Origin: the human T2T-CHM13v2.0 reference genome, Homo sapiens
DNA: 64,000 nucleotides
Reading direction: 5' to 3' (one strand)
Assembly (NCBI RefSeq): GCF_009914755.1
Contig: NC_060927.1
Of this stretch, positions 1-16,791 are shown one piece after another (the stretch's first letter is position 1; every line of letters starts with the position of its first letter). The position numbers were made by a program, and so were the translations under genes. Below the pieces are notes generated by a model, which saw only the letters and a program-made list of their open reading frames with translations, had not been told where the DNA came from and searched no databases.

Positions 1-1024
1 AAACCCTGCCTTTTTATCTCTAAAATCTAAAGGCTATTTGTTTTTGCGGTCATAGCTATTCTCATCTGTCCTTCCGGTCCCACTGCAGGTACTTTTTTGC
101 TTCCCTCTCTCTCAGTTTACTTCCCAAGGTTGCTAACTCTACTCCAGATTTGTAAGTGGTAGTGCTACTGTCCTAGTTATTGTCAGGACTCCAGAGGTCA
201 TTTCCTAGAACGTTGCAGAGATAGACAGAGATGGCTGAGGCTGAAGTGGAAGCACCAGCAGATGGAGAGAGGCCTGACTACCTCTTAAATTGTGCTAAGC
301 CTCCTAACTGAAAATATCAGAATGCCTTTTTTTATGAGGACATTTTTTAAATTTAATATTACTGTTAGGTTTGCTTTAGTCTTTTTTTTTTATTTTAAAG
401 AGTTCGTTTTTACTTCTCCCACTTTCTAGTTTTTTTAAAAAGGGAGGGAGAAGGAAGGAATAAAAATATCAATTTCTGTCCCGTCACATAATGGAACAGA
501 AATATACATCATTGTGTAGCAATTTCTAAGTTAATTAACTATTTTTAATGTCAATATTCGAGGGTTGACCTAGATAACAACCACAGATGACAACCAGGCA
601 TCTATTGTGCACTTACTGTGGAGTCCCTAGGTCCTTTTTGTATGCAGAAGCAGCCTGGAGTTGTGGAAAGAGGTAGAGGAGTGTGAGGGGTCAGGAGACC
701 TGGGATCTAATTGGCTCTACTCTCCAGAGAGGCGGTGGACCAGTCATGAACCTTTCATGCCCCAATCTTTAAAACAAGCTGCTGGACTAGGTAATTCTGA
801 AGATGCCTTCAGATGGTCTCTCATTTTCAATTCGACCATTGGATTTGAGTTTGCATAGTCTGTGTTGTCCAGCATAATCCAGGATGGATTTCATCATGAG
901 GTGGTTGAGGAAGAACAACAGTTAAGAAATGGATTTTAATCTTGGTTTTGATAGACACCCATCTGTACCTTGGGCAGGTACTGGGGGCATCATTTGTCTG
1001 TAAAATGAAGATACTGACCCAGAT

Positions 1025-1200
1025 CCATGGTTCCTAACTAGGGATGCACATCAGAGTCACATATGGAGTTTTGTAGAAATGTACACGTCCAGATTCAGCC
1101 CCTAGAGATTGGGATTCACTAGGGGTGTTATGGGGACCAGTTGTGTATTTTTAAAAACACACCACAGGGATTCTGAGGCATTCCTCTTATTGAGAAGCAG
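1025..1200. mobile_element. MER5-like hAT-Charlie DNA transposon remnant
   Basis: GCACATCAGAGTCAC...GATTCT..TTGAGAAGCA motifs resemble MER5. Confidence 0.55.
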
Positions 1201-1231
1201 TTTAACTTGGCAATATTTGACAAATACTTGA

Positions 1232-1432
<201 letters not shown>

Positions 1433-1721
1433 TGAAGATAGTGAAACCTTAAGATCACAAGGGAGCACATGAATACTCGTAGATTTGCTCTCAGACCTAA
1501 GCTAGGCAAGAACAAAAGAGCTTAAGGTTGTCTAATGTATTGAATTAGAACTTTTGGATGTAAAATAGTGAGGATTTTGTGATTCATGGCTTAGTTGACA
1601 GTTTTTAAGATTGCTTTGCAAACATTTCACTCCGAATTGATTTAGTGGATAGTTTTTAAAGTTTGGTAAAGAATATAAAAAGTGTGAACTGAGAGCAGTT
1701 CACAACTACTGTATGCTACAA

Positions 1722-2069
1722 TTTTATTTTTTATTTTTTTAATTTTAACTTTAATTTTTTCGAGGCAGGGTCTTGCTCTGTCACCCAGGCTGGAGGGCAG
1801 TGGCAAAGTCATAGATCACTGCAGCCTCGAACTCCTGGACTCAAGTGATCCTGCCACCTCAGCCCCTCAAGTAGCTGGGACTACAGGTGTGCACCACCAT
1901 GCCCTGCTGATTCTTTTTGTATTATTATTATTATTTTTTTTTTTTTTTTCTGCAGAGACAGGTTTTGCCGTGTCGCCCAGGCTGGTCTTGAACTTCTGGG
2001 CCCAAGCGATCTGCCTGCCTCAGCCTCCCAAAATGGTGGGATTACAGGCATGAACCACCATGCCTGGCC
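1722..2069 (-). mobile_element. Alu (J-like)
   Basis: Reverse Alu dimer with T-rich tail. Confidence 0.9.
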
Positions 2070-2320
2070 CAATTGTATTTTACTAAATGGAAATACTGGT
2101 GGCAGTTTTACAGAGCTGTTAACAAAACAGTCCAGAAATCAATATACTTAAGAGCACAAAATTGAATACGATGCATTAAAATGATTTATTTATACTATTA
2201 TCAGCTATGCCTGTAATTCTGTATTTTATAAGCCTTTGATAACCTTCTATACTTAATCTAAGAGTTAATGGTTATGGTAGATCAATAATCTCATTTTTAG
2301 TGAGAAGTAAAGTGCTTGGT

Positions 2321-2354
<34 letters not shown>

Positions 2355-4230
2355 CCTCTTGACCACAGAATAAATGTAGGCATTATTATGTTGAGATTCG
2401 GTGTTTTCTGACTTTGAATTTCTGTTCTCAGAAATACACTGATCATTTACATTATATTGATCTATGTTATTTTACTTCTGAAGTATAAGCTATTTGAATT
2501 GGATATTTGTTAGGAATATACATGCTGCAAGAAGCTCCCAAATTATCATGCTCTGTGTTTCAAAAATTGGTTTATATCTGTCTGGAAACTGGAATACCTT
2601 TTTCCAGAAGGATAAGCCTTCAGTAATGGTGGTTATCTTAACAAGCCAGCCCCGACTTAGTGCCTAATGTGTCTGAGATACTCTTTCACGGTCACTGTCA
2701 CCCAAACTGTGTCATATGATAGTGTTTTATGGCAAGCATGGTCTCTGAGTTCCTAGTGACCCTTTTTAATGGCCTGCCTGTGGTTTTCTGTTGCTGACCA
2801 GGCTTACTGCCTGCTGTCAGCCTCTTGGGAAACCAGAACCACAGATTTCCTGTGCCTTTGTTTGTATAAGATACACACATGGCCTTTTTGAGAGATTACT
2901 TTAAAATCAGGATTATTTCCTTTGTAAAAATAGAAAAGTAACAGATTAAAAAAATAAAACTTCCATTCTTTGTCCTCTTCTTTCCCCTCCTTGCGTTTTC
3001 AAACCTCAGAAAGACATAGGCTTATATAGGGGTGATGGTGTAATTTAAAGTACCTAATAGATTGAAGTAGGATCAATGTACCTTTGGAAAAAAAATAATT
3101 CCATGTATTTTCAGAGTCTTATAAAAGACAGAATGAAGGAACAAGGAAGAGACAAAGGGGAGGGATAAGGAGAGGTGGGCATCTGGTGGAGGTATGCTGC
3201 CCTTGAGGCCAGTGGAGGTAGGAGGGGGAAGGCATAATCACACCTCACGGTTCCTCCTTTCCTGGGACTCCACCAGTTCTGAAGCCCTAGGTGCCAGTTA
3301 AACAAGCACACGTTTAGCCCACCTGCTGACTCAGGCTTTGGAGCTGTGATGTCTGAAAAAAGTTTCACAACCTCAAGAGTCTGGTTGAAAGTGCTTGTGG
3401 TCTGTCTCCTTTTCCTCTGAGATTCTGACTCCTCAGCACTAACCAAGCCACCTTAACTATTTTTACATGGAGGTAACAATGAAGATGACCTCAGAATCAA
3501 AACAGCATGCATGGACAAGAAGGCAGGGTCCTGGCAGCATCATTTTGTGAGCTCCCAGAATAGAGCTCTTCCATTAGTTTTCTTATTCATTCTACTTGAA
3601 TTAATGGTCCTTTACAAGAGCAAAAGGCTGGCTCCTCTAGTTTACCTGACATGTCCCAGCCTGTCCGCCATTCCAGGCACTATTCGTACCTAACAGACTA
3701 ACAGTCAGGGGCCATCGGAACATACAAGCATTTCTTTCACACACACATCCGCAAAGAAACCATTTTATGTACTCTACAAGCAGTAGAATGTCCTTTCATA
3801 GTGTCTGGTTTTTCCTAAAAACCCCATTTGGGCGTACCCCCAACCATCCTGCTAGTTGTGGGGGTTTCCCTGGGTGGCAGAGTACCAGCTTCATCTCCTG
3901 GAGGTATCTGTGGAGCCACTCTGTGGGGCACACACACAAGTTCCTGCAGCTGTGGGACCCTCTTTCCGTATTTATTCAATCAATCAATAACTGAGTTTGT
4001 TGGCTGAGTAGCTCTATGGAATACACTATTGGTTACATAGGTTTAGATAACCTCTTCTGTTAAGAATAGGAATTTGGGTTGGTCTTTTGTTTGTTTGTTT
4101 GTTTTTTGGTGGTGGTGGGTATGGGATGGTGGCAGCAGAAGAGATTTGATCAAATAAACTGACTGATTTTTGAAGATTGAAGTGCATGTACCTTTATTTC
4201 TTGCTTAAATATGTGATTTTCCTTTACTAG

Positions 4231-4386
<156 letters not shown>

Positions 4387-5805
4387 TAAGCATCCCCTTG
4401 CCCCAGGCATTCCTGCCAGTTTCTGGAATGAGTTGTAACTGGTATATTTTGTGTTTATCTTTTTTCAAATCATAACTTGGAATGATCAAATGGCTTTTTT
4501 ATGGTGGTCTTTTTCCAGAGAAAGAAAAGAAGGTTCTAACAATCTCTGTAATACACTTTATAACTGACCTGGAAACTTTTAGGAGAAAATGGATTATAAA
4601 ATAGTTTCAGTAAAAATCAAAGGTGTTTTAGATTAGTTAAAGGCCATGCTTTTCTGTGTAATTAATGAGAAAGACTGAGCCTATAATGCTAATTGAAACT
4701 ACAGGACTTTTTACTGTCTTTCTTCTTTGACCCTTTCAGTTGTTACATTTTTATCTAAAATTATTTTCTGATATTATGAAAGAAATTAATAATGTATGTC
4801 TTACCTTAAAGCACATTTATGATCTATAGATATGTGCTCATGTATCTGAAAATAAAGTTGTATTTTGATAACATTCATCTCTTGTTATTTATTAGGTTTC
4901 TGCTTTCCCATTGTTTAGAATAGAATGCTTAATTCCAGACTAGTTATGCCTCTATTTGACGTTTTCCTACTTAGTGGTAGAGAATGCAATCTAATTTCTC
5001 TAAGGAAAATTTAATCAAGAAAGAAATCTCTTCAGGGAGTGAAGCATATAGTGTATTTCATATCAAACATGGGTTATTTTTAACATAGATTTTTACTTTT
5101 TCAAATTGTTAGTGGCTGTGCTTTGTTGCATCAACAGGAATCAGAGGTTGACTTTGGTAACTGATCACTTTGAGTGTACACAGAGTGGTCTGGGGCTGAC
5201 TGATCCTAAAAGCTTTCTGGGGAGAGGAAAAGCAGTTTGTAGTCTTGCACATTTGACATTCTAATAGTATAATTTTTTAAATGATGTTTTAAAAATTCTA
5301 ATTCATTTGAAAATTCATTTGATAAACAATTATAAAAGATTGTACACTAAAGAAAATGTATCACATAGTGAAAGCAAGAGATAAGATAGTGCTTTAAGCA
5401 GACTTAACAGTTTTATGTGTCTTCATCATATTCTCAGCAGCCATGATGTTGCTTCTGCTTAGATTTGTGGCTCAGGGCATGCTAGACTCATGAAAGTCAA
5501 ATGCAGAAAAGAGCCTGGGTATAGGGACTTCCGCAGTCAAGGATCTTTTCCTCTTGATGGGACTTGCCTGTTCTTTGAACTTACTGCTCATTTGAGAATA
5601 CTTGCAGAGTGAATTGGAAGCAGTTGGTTTATCATTACATGAAAATTACAGAATATTAAATGCAGTTAGCCTATGTAGTATTGTGAACTAATATTCCATA
5701 GAAATAGAGTGTACAGTTAATCACTGAGGAAAATAGTAAATGAAAATGATTTTATAGTTATTTTATATCCAATATTTACCATTTACAACTACCATTTATT
5801 AATAA

Positions 5806-5970
<165 letters not shown>

Positions 5971-6515
5971 TGATTCTTGTTTGTAGATATTTAGAGTGAA
6001 ATTAATGATCAGAAATTGATTCTAATTATCATACATTCAGGATGCCACAGCCATTCAGCTTCCTGGCTCTGTCTGACAGTGGAATGTATATCTCTCTCTG
6101 CCTCCTCATTGTTACAGCTTCTGACATCCGAGGAACCAGTAGAAATTCCCTTCACTAGCATAAGACTCCCTTATTCATACCCACTCTCCTAAGAAGATCG
6201 ATTGGCCAATCTGAACATAGTCTTTGACCTTAATTTGAACTCTAGCAAAGATAGCTAAGAAATGGAGCAAATAAATAAATAAATAAATAAATCTAGGATT
6301 ATGTATCCCTGTGCCACTCTTCTTATTTAGAAATGTTAGCACATTGTCCCAGGGCACCACAGCTACTGCAGCATTGTCCTGGGGGGAGGGACCCAGAGGG
6401 AGCATCCTTACTGATCTAAGAGTGACAGCTTCCTACTCATCCCTGGCAATTATTTTAACTCTTTATTTTGAAACAATTTCAAACTTACAGAAAAGTTGCA
6501 AGAATAAGTATATTC

Positions 6516-6793
6516 TTCCCAACCCTTTGGGAGGCTGAGGCAGGTGAGTTGCTTGAGGCCAGGAGTTCGAGACTAGCCTGGGTAACATAGTGAGATCCCA
6601 TCTGTACAAAAAATTAAAAAATTAGCCAGTTGTGGTGGCACATACCTGTAGTCCTAGCTACTTTGGAAGCTAAGATGGGAAGATCACTTGAGCCCAGGAG
6701 TTCAAGGCCACAATGAGCTATGGTCGTACCACTGCACTCCAGCTTGGGTGACACAGCAAGACCCTGACTCTTTTGACTCTTTTTTAAAAAAGA
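6516..6793 (+). mobile_element. Alu (J-like, 5'-truncated), inside an old L1 fragment
   Basis: TTTGGGAGGCTGAGGCAGG...CACTGCACTCCAGC. Confidence 0.88.
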
Positions 6794-8086
6794 AGAATAT
6801 TCTATATATTCCCATTCCCCACACAGATTTCTCCACAGTCAACATTTTACCCTATTTGCTTCTCTCTCTCTTTTATGCACTCTGTGCTTTCTGTGCACAC
6901 AGATATACATACACTGTTTTCTGATTCTTCTTCGGGAGGTAAACTGCATACATCAGTCTTTTGCCCCTAAGTACTTCAGCGTATATTTTCTAAGAATAAG
7001 GATACTCTCTTGCATACCAGAATACAGTAGTATGCTTTAATAAATTTAACATTGACACAGTGCTTTATCTGGTTTATGGTTCATAGTCTAATTTTGTCAA
7101 CTGACCCAATGGCTTGATAGCATTTCCCCTTCTCCAGTTCAAGACCCAGTCTAGGATCAGGTAGTGTGTTTAACTATGATGTCTCTTTAGCCTCCTTTGA
7201 ATCTGGAATATTTCTATAGCCTTTCATTATGTTTTATGACATGAGCATTTTTGAAAAATATAATTTTCCCCTCTACTTTTTTTTTGAGAGTATTCCTTAT
7301 TTAGGGTTTGCTTTTTTTTTTTTAATGGTTAGATTCAGATTATGCATTTTCAGCCAGAATATTGCATAGGTGATTTTTGTGTTAAGGGTATCACATCTGG
7401 AGGCACATGCTGTTCATCTACCCCTCTTTGGTGATGTTAATTTTTGGTCATCAGGTCAAGGTGTTGCCTGATTTGTCCCTGCCAATAATTTAATGCCAAT
7501 TATTATATTAGCTGTGCCCTGTCTTTTCAGTCTTGCTTAATTGAAAGTCTTCGTTTAGGTGATTTGACCGCTAGAGTCTGAATATATTGATTGAGTCAGA
7601 TTAGCTAGTGATAATTTTTATGAGCCCTCTATGAGTTATGGAAATAGATGTAGTAGAGCCTAAACTTACCAATCAAAACTAAAATAAGGGAAGAATACTC
7701 AGTCTAAATTTGAGAAAGAATTAAATCACAATTTTTTGAAGTTTATTTCAAATATTAACATGTTCACTAGTCTTACTGAGATCAAATTGTTGCTAAGTTT
7801 ACAGTATTATTAGTATTACAGTATTATTTGGACCTCTGTAATGATTAGAGCTGTTTAACAAGGTATTATTTATAATCATGTATGTATTAAACTGGCTCAT
7901 AGATGGTGGGAAAAAAGCCCTACAGCTAAGCCCTTGTCAGAATGGTGAATAACCATTTTGTTTACTTTTAGGGTTTAATATGTCCAAATGTTAACTTTAC
8001 TAACAAAATATATAAATGTTTTTAAGAACTCAGGAACTTTTGAGAGTCTCTCTTCAGCAACATTAGTGTTTGTCTTTTTTGTTTAG

Positions 8087-8308
<222 letters not shown>

Positions 8309-9247
8309 TGAACTTTGGGTACACTTGTTAGCTTTTCCATCTCTGGTAGTTACCTGATAAATGGGAAGGTGGTTCATTTATTCCCTTCTTCCACAAGCAT
8401 TTGTTGAGCACATACTCTGTTAGGCACTGTGCTAGGCTTAAACATACAAAAATGAATGTGACCCATTTCCTGCTCTCAAGGAGTCACAGTTTAGAAGATG
8501 AGCAGTAAGTCTCAAGTTTGTGATTTTCCCACCATTTAACTTAGGACTTTGACATTTTTCTCAAGCTTTGAAAATCCCTGACATTAAAAACATATATTTT
8601 GTTAGTAAAGTTAACACTTGGACATATTAAACCCTAAAAGTAAACAAAGTGGTTGTTTTCCATTCTGACAAGGGCTTAGCTGAAGGACTTTTTTCCCACC
8701 CTCTATGAGCCAGTTTAATACATACATGATTATAAATACTACCTTGTTAAACAGCTCTAATCATTAGAGAGGTATGACTAGTTTATTGTCTGCTACCTTA
8801 AGGGAGAGCTGCCAGTTGGACAGTCTGTGATTTTGATCTCAGTAGTCAGTGCTTTTATGATATCAGAAAGGGACACTGGTATGAATAATGTTTTTATTTT
8901 TGAGAGTAATGTTTACAAATTTTTTTGCATATGATTGTTTTCAGACTTACTTGATCCACATGAATGGTTAAAAATTAATAAAACAGACTTTTCCTCCTAT
9001 AAACACCATTATTTTAGAGTCCGATCATGAATATTAGAATTAACTTAAATTGTTGTTTTTGTTTCTATTATGAGCAGGCAAAAAGAAACTGCATTAATTA
9101 GAAGTTTGTAAGATAAAACTTAGGAGTTTGTTTCAGTTACTAATGGCAGTAGAAAAGCATTTTGGAATTTCTATCTTCTGGAAAGCATGATATATTCTGT
9201 TATAGAATGTGTTAGATATCCAGGTTTAAAAATTCCAAATTTGACTA

Positions 9248-9631
<384 letters not shown>

Positions 9632-10017
9632 TAATGGTTTATTTTATGTAGTACTGTTTAGAAGTCAGATTCCAAATATTTTTCTTCTTTGATACTCTTT
9701 TTCTAAAAAAGTAATGTGACCTTTTCTTCATTAATGAAGATAGAATTATAGCTTGGAAAAGAACTTATGGATAATCTTCTCATACTTTCTCATTATACAG
9801 ACAGGGACATGTGGTCTGTTGTAGTCTCAACACCTGCCCAGTGACAGTAGCATGTCCTCAGTAGAGCTACACAGAATGCGGGCCTTGCCTTCCATCTTCT
9901 CATCTGCAGTCCTTCCCGCAACCCTAATTGTCCCTTACTCCTTGTGTCCTAAACTTCACTTATAAAACTCTGACCTTAGGCCAGTGACCTAAAGACATTA
10001 TTAAGGATTATTTTTAG

Positions 10018-10314
10018 GGCTGGGCACAGTGGCTAGTATCTGTAATTCCAACACTTTGGGAGGTTGAGGTGGGAGGATCACTTGAAGCCAGAAGTTTGAG
10101 ACCAGCCTAGGCAATATAGCAAGATCCCATCTCTACAGAAAATTAAAAAATTAGCTAGGCTTGGTGGCATACACCTGTAGTTCCAGCTACTCAGGAGGCT
10201 GAGGCAGGAGGATCGCTTGAGCCCAGGAGTTTGAGGCTACAGTGAGCCACAATTACACCACTGCATTCCAGGCTGGGCAATACAGAAAAACCCTGTCTTA
10301 GAGAGAAAAAAGAA
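10018..10314 (+). mobile_element. Alu (J-like)
   Basis: Full dimer GGCTGGGCACAGTGG... Confidence 0.9.
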
Positions 10315-10746
10315 ACGATAACCCCTCATGTATTTTATACATAGTTGGATGCAAATATGCCACATTAGAAATTGTGGTATCAAATGTTTTAAGGTTTTGA
10401 AATGAAATTTTCTCATACAAATTACTTAATTGGGTATATTTTGAACTAAATAGTAGTTTTTATGATGGATTTTTATTGTCATTCAATCAAATGTTTATTT
10501 TCTTCTTCTGAAGTGTTAAAATTAGAAACGCTGGCCATAACCTGGTACATATTTTCATTGCTTTTTCTTCCTTATAATCAGCAAAGATCACTTCAGGTTA
10601 TCTCAGGCCTCCCATGTATTAGTATCAGTCTTTGTCTTTTTAAAATTAAAACATAATACTATAATTTTATCTTACTTGGAATGTTTGTGTCTTGGCTTTT
10701 TGCACATATGTTTTGCTGATTTTGTTGCTTTCTTCTGGCTGACTGA

Positions 10747-11037
<291 letters not shown>

Positions 11038-11569
11038 TAACAGAAGGCTGAAATAGGACCTGGTAATCCTGAAGTGTTTAGCTGTCTTCTGGCTTCTTTC
11101 TAGCTTATATATTCTTGGTTGTAATGGAAAACAGACAATATTAGAAACAAAGTGATCCAAATGGGACTTCGGATCTGGCAAATGAAAAATAAGTAAGACT
11201 GATAAATGACAGCAGTGGATATACAAAGACTTCAACTTAGTGTCAAGTGCGTTCAGAGCACTGAGCTTGGTACTAAAGAACAGGCTCTGCTCCGAGGGGA
11301 CGATGTGATCTGGCATGAGGGATATGGTGTGTGCACTGGAAAAGCAGAGTAGTATGTATTTAAGAACAGCAAAGGGGATATTAGCCATGAGCTTTAGGAG
11401 TCTAGTAGTTGCAGAAATAGCCCCCGCTTGGGAAAATCACAGATTAAGAGGATTGGACATTTGAATGGTATACCAAGAAACACAGGCTTTCCCTTGGAAA
11501 AGAGGTCATTTAGGGACACTACCAAAGGTGTTAATCATTTAAGCGAAGAAAATAAGAGGTAGTGTAATT

Positions 11570-11770
11570 GAACACTTATTATTTACCAGGCCTATTCTAA
11601 GCTCCTTGCATATATCATTTAATTCTTAATACTGCTATAGGGTAGGAGTATTATACAAATGAGGAAATTAAGACACAGAGAGGTTAAGTAACTCATCAGG
11701 ATCACACAGCAGTTAAGTTGTAGAGCCAGAATTGAATCGGGCAGCCTGATTTCAGAATCTGTGCTCCTGC
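11570..11770. mobile_element. MIR
   Basis: Core ATACAAATGAGGAAATTAAGACACAGAGAGGTTAAGTAACT. Confidence 0.75.
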
Positions 11771-11978
11771 ACTGTTTTCTTGCCAGACTGGCCAAAGCCC
11801 ACAGTATGACTTGGGTTGCTGAAAAAGGAAGAACGTAAGTGCTTTATCACTATACAAATGACATGCTTTGTTATGATGAGGAGAGCAAGTCAACATCGGA
11901 ATGTCTTCTGTTTTGAAGAGTAGAATTCTAGAAAAATGAATTTTATCTTCATAATTTTGAAAAAACTTAAGATATATT

Positions 11979-12667
<689 letters not shown>

Positions 12668-12830
12668 TAGGACACCTTGATTCTTAGTTAAATGTTAGTA
12701 ACTTCTGTAAGACAGTCAGTGGTGTCCTTTGGATAAGAACTAGCCTTTATAGTCAAAGAAAAAATTGTGATTAAATTATTAATAGCTTAACCATGCATTG
12801 TGAATGCACTAGCATGTTTAGTATTTCTAA

Positions 12831-13202
<372 letters not shown>

Positions 13203-13348
13203 TAAGATAAAAGTACTAATTAAAAGACTATATCTGTAGAAACTTTATTTGTACATCCTAGAATCTGTTTCCTTTTAAAAATGTCTAAATTTGCTTTTGC
13301 CATGGCGCTAATGCTAATGGTAAATTATTGATTGCGTGGCCCATGTGA

Positions 13349-13624
<276 letters not shown>

Positions 13625-14581
13625 TAATGGAATAATACCTTAAATTTAACTCATGCATTGCCCATTACAAAAACATACCTTATTTTTAATAACTTATTAT
13701 AAAATCTAACCTAGTTTTCTATTACCAGGTATCTTATTTATGCAGGAGTTAAAAATACACTTAAAATTTGTCTTTAACTGAAGTGGCCTACATTTTAAAT
13801 AATTTTGTACTCTAAAGAATGTCCTCTACTTATTAATGTCCCTCACTTAATTGCAGTGGTAGCTCAGTTGCCAAAGCATGGAGAAAGGGACTTCTTCCAG
13901 AACATCACCTCATCTGTCCTTCCTCAGCAGAGGATCATTAAGTGGAACATAAGAGAGAAGACATCTGCAGACCTCCTTGGTGGGAGAGGAACTGCAGAAG
14001 GCTGTGGGAGGGAGACTGCCTTAGTGGGCCCCCATTTCCTGTCTGTTGCACATACAGGAGCTGTTCTGTGGCACTTGAGGCAGCCAGTAACAACTCTTTC
14101 TACCCTTCTTGCTACCGTTCTTGCTCCTAGCCCATTTCTGTCCTAGCTCATTAGCCATGGCTAATGGAGGGTTAAGTGGAGAAGTTACCAGCTTCTTGAA
14201 TAAGCAGGGCTTCTTGGGGATTGTCTTGAGAATTTATGAAAGATATTTTGCCTTCTAAAGAAAGTAGTATTAATAAAAATTATTTCCAATATTCTTTTTA
14301 GGTATAATTGGCTTAAATGCAGTATTGCTCTTTTTGCTAGAAAGTGCCTCTTTGGAGTATTTACATTTTAAAATATAAGGAAATATTTAGTGTAGAAGCA
14401 AGCAAGACTGAAATATTTTCCAGGGGAAAAATTCTTAAAAACTTTCCTTCCCATTCCCAGGAAAGTATATACCTAATTCTATGACATGGCAGAGAATTAA
14501 TGATTGCTTTGCTCTTTGTGGAATGGATAAGCAAGCTTTTGTTGTTATATTTTGTTTATGAGAAATTCTTTTATGTTTTAG

Positions 14582-14740
<159 letters not shown>

Positions 14741-16128
14741 TAAGATTAAATTTGCTGAGACCCCAGGTGTCCTGTTAATCTAGAATGTAGAATTTTGAGG
14801 GACAAAATCCATAGTTAGGCATACTCAGGAGACTTGGAGGGAATGCCTGCCTCTGCCTGAAACTGATGATGGTTGGAACACCTGTGCTGAGCGGCTGGTT
14901 TTGTTGTAGGTGGATGAACGAACTTCACCAAGTCTCCTGGCTGATTTCCTCATTTTCAGGATGGGCTTGAAAACACTTTGTGAAATGAAAGTGTGGCAAA
15001 TGTTTAGTGGTGTTTTTATTGATGTAGTTTGTTTTTGTTAGTGTTGACTTACACATTTTAGGTCTCTAACCCAAGCCAGGCACTGCTATTTCTCTTATAG
15101 GAAACAGGTCAAAGTAGTTAGTTTATCCAGCTCCTGAAAAGGATTTTTCAGAAATGAGGGGGATGATTAGAGAATGTGGATCATCCTTTAATAATTCTGA
15201 CTGCAACAGTGTTTTGGCTGGCAGTGAGAATTAAAGTCCACATTTGACTTGGTGGATCAGGCTGGGCCACATGAGCATATGATTTTATTTAATGTAGTTC
15301 AGTGGCCCAAAGAACGAATATAATTCCCACATCTGTTTTCTTTGGTCTTCCCAGTGTAGGTGCTAACATACAAAACTTAAGATTTCCTATTAAGAATTCT
15401 GAGTTTCAAGTCACTCTTGAAAAATTTAGCAGCTCCGTTAACCCAAGGCCCTCATTGCTTCTGACCTGAGGGTTGGGGCTGACCCGCAGCCCCTCCTTGG
15501 GCAGTGCTCACACTGTCCTCCCGCACAGTTATCATCTTTGTGGCATCCTGACCCAAATGCTGAGTGTCTGTTTTCCTTATCCTAGCTGCCCTCATGCATC
15601 TTCATCATTTGATTGGCCTCTTTAGGCTTTTGAATTTGCAATACCTCATTTACACTATGGGAACTACACTATAAGTGTAGTTGTTACTTAGTGTCAAATT
15701 GGGAATGGGGCTTAGAGGAGGGAAGCTGAAGAGGCCATATTGCTTAGACTCAGCCTTCAGGTGGGGCTGTGGTGTTCCCAGAGATGGCATTATTTATGTG
15801 CTTCTTTAAAAAATAACCAAAGAAGATTCTTCTTGTCTCTTGTCTCTAGTACTATTGTGATACAAAGGCTTCTGAGGGGCTAGCCTCAGATTTTGTTCAT
15901 TTCACGAATATTGCTTGAGCATGTGCTGTAGATGTATGGGGAGCATTGGACAAGACAGATGGAGCTTTGCCTTCCTAGATCATACACACTAATTACATAT
16001 TTAAAATTGTAATTGGAATAAGTGCTATTAAATTTTCCCTGATAAAGCTTTAAAGCATATTTATAATCATTGCTTGAAAAAGTATAATTCAGTGATCTTT
16101 TAAAATTTGTTTTAAAATATTTTAAAAG

Positions 16129-16197
16129 GAAAATATTTGCTATTAAAGGAGGAAAATCTTTGCTATTAAAGGAGCAAAATCTTTGCTGTTGAAGGAG
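16129..16197. repeat. 23-bp minisatellite, 3 copies
   Basis: GAAAATATTTGCTATTAAAGGAG / GAAAATCTTTGCTATTAAAGGAG / CAAAATCTTTGCTGTTGAAGGAG. Confidence 0.9.
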
Positions 16198-16224
16198 AAA
16201 CATAGTCTGCCTAAACTTTTATAA

Positions 16225-16382
16225 TTTTTTTTTTTTAGAGAGACAGTCTCACTCTATTGCCCAGATTGGAGTGCAGTGGCAGTCATGGCTCACTGTAACC
16301 TCCAACTCCTGGGCTCAAGCAAGCCTCCCACCTCGGGTTCCCAAAGTTCTGGGATTACAGGTGTGAGTCACTGCACCTGACC
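16225..16382 (-). mobile_element. Alu monomer or internally deleted Alu
   Basis: T-run followed by about 140 bp of reverse Alu sequence. Confidence 0.8.
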
Positions 16383-16699
16383 TTACTTTCAAACTTCTTG
16401 ATTACATGGATAAAACTAAGTAAAAGTTCATGGGTAGTTGAAGTTATGACTACTTTCATTTCAGTCATAATTTGGTACACATGCTTTGCTCCTTCCTACT
16501 GCCCCCACTCCCTTCCCCATTATCTGGATTAGTCAAGAGTTAAATATAGAGGTAATCTATTTTCTCCCATGTTGGGAGACCTTTTGAGTGAGAGATTATC
16601 AACCTTATTTCATCTCTGCCATCTGATTGTCAGGAAATTATTCACATGAATAATTTATTAAACTTGCAGGAAGAAAAGGTACCAACCTTATTCTCCTGG

Positions 16700-16791
16700 T
16701 CATTCCTTGGTAGATATTTGGAATAAAATAATCACACTGACTGTGATTGGGTAGATCACATTCCATATTCTCCTGTGAGTCTCAGAAGATG
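16700..16791 (-). CDS. CP: CP alternative exon encoding the GPI-anchor signal (ASSETHRRIWNVIYPITVSVIILFQISTKE*)
   Basis: Strong acceptor (cctaat...ccctttttgctacag), phase-compatible with exon 18; 30 aa with small residues, a spacer and a hydrophobic stretch; matches the established GPI-ceruloplasmin architecture (30 aa replacing the last 5). Confidence 0.88.

Noticed and set aside
3540-3965. Minus-strand stretch giving Cys/Trp-rich peptide fragments (WFLCG...) vaguely like a retroviral env
   Set aside because: Interrupted by stops, no LTR context, and the similarity is too weak to support without a profile search
16129-16197. Repeat array as a possible CRISPR
   Set aside because: The units are contiguous with no spacers, and the context is a eukaryotic intron
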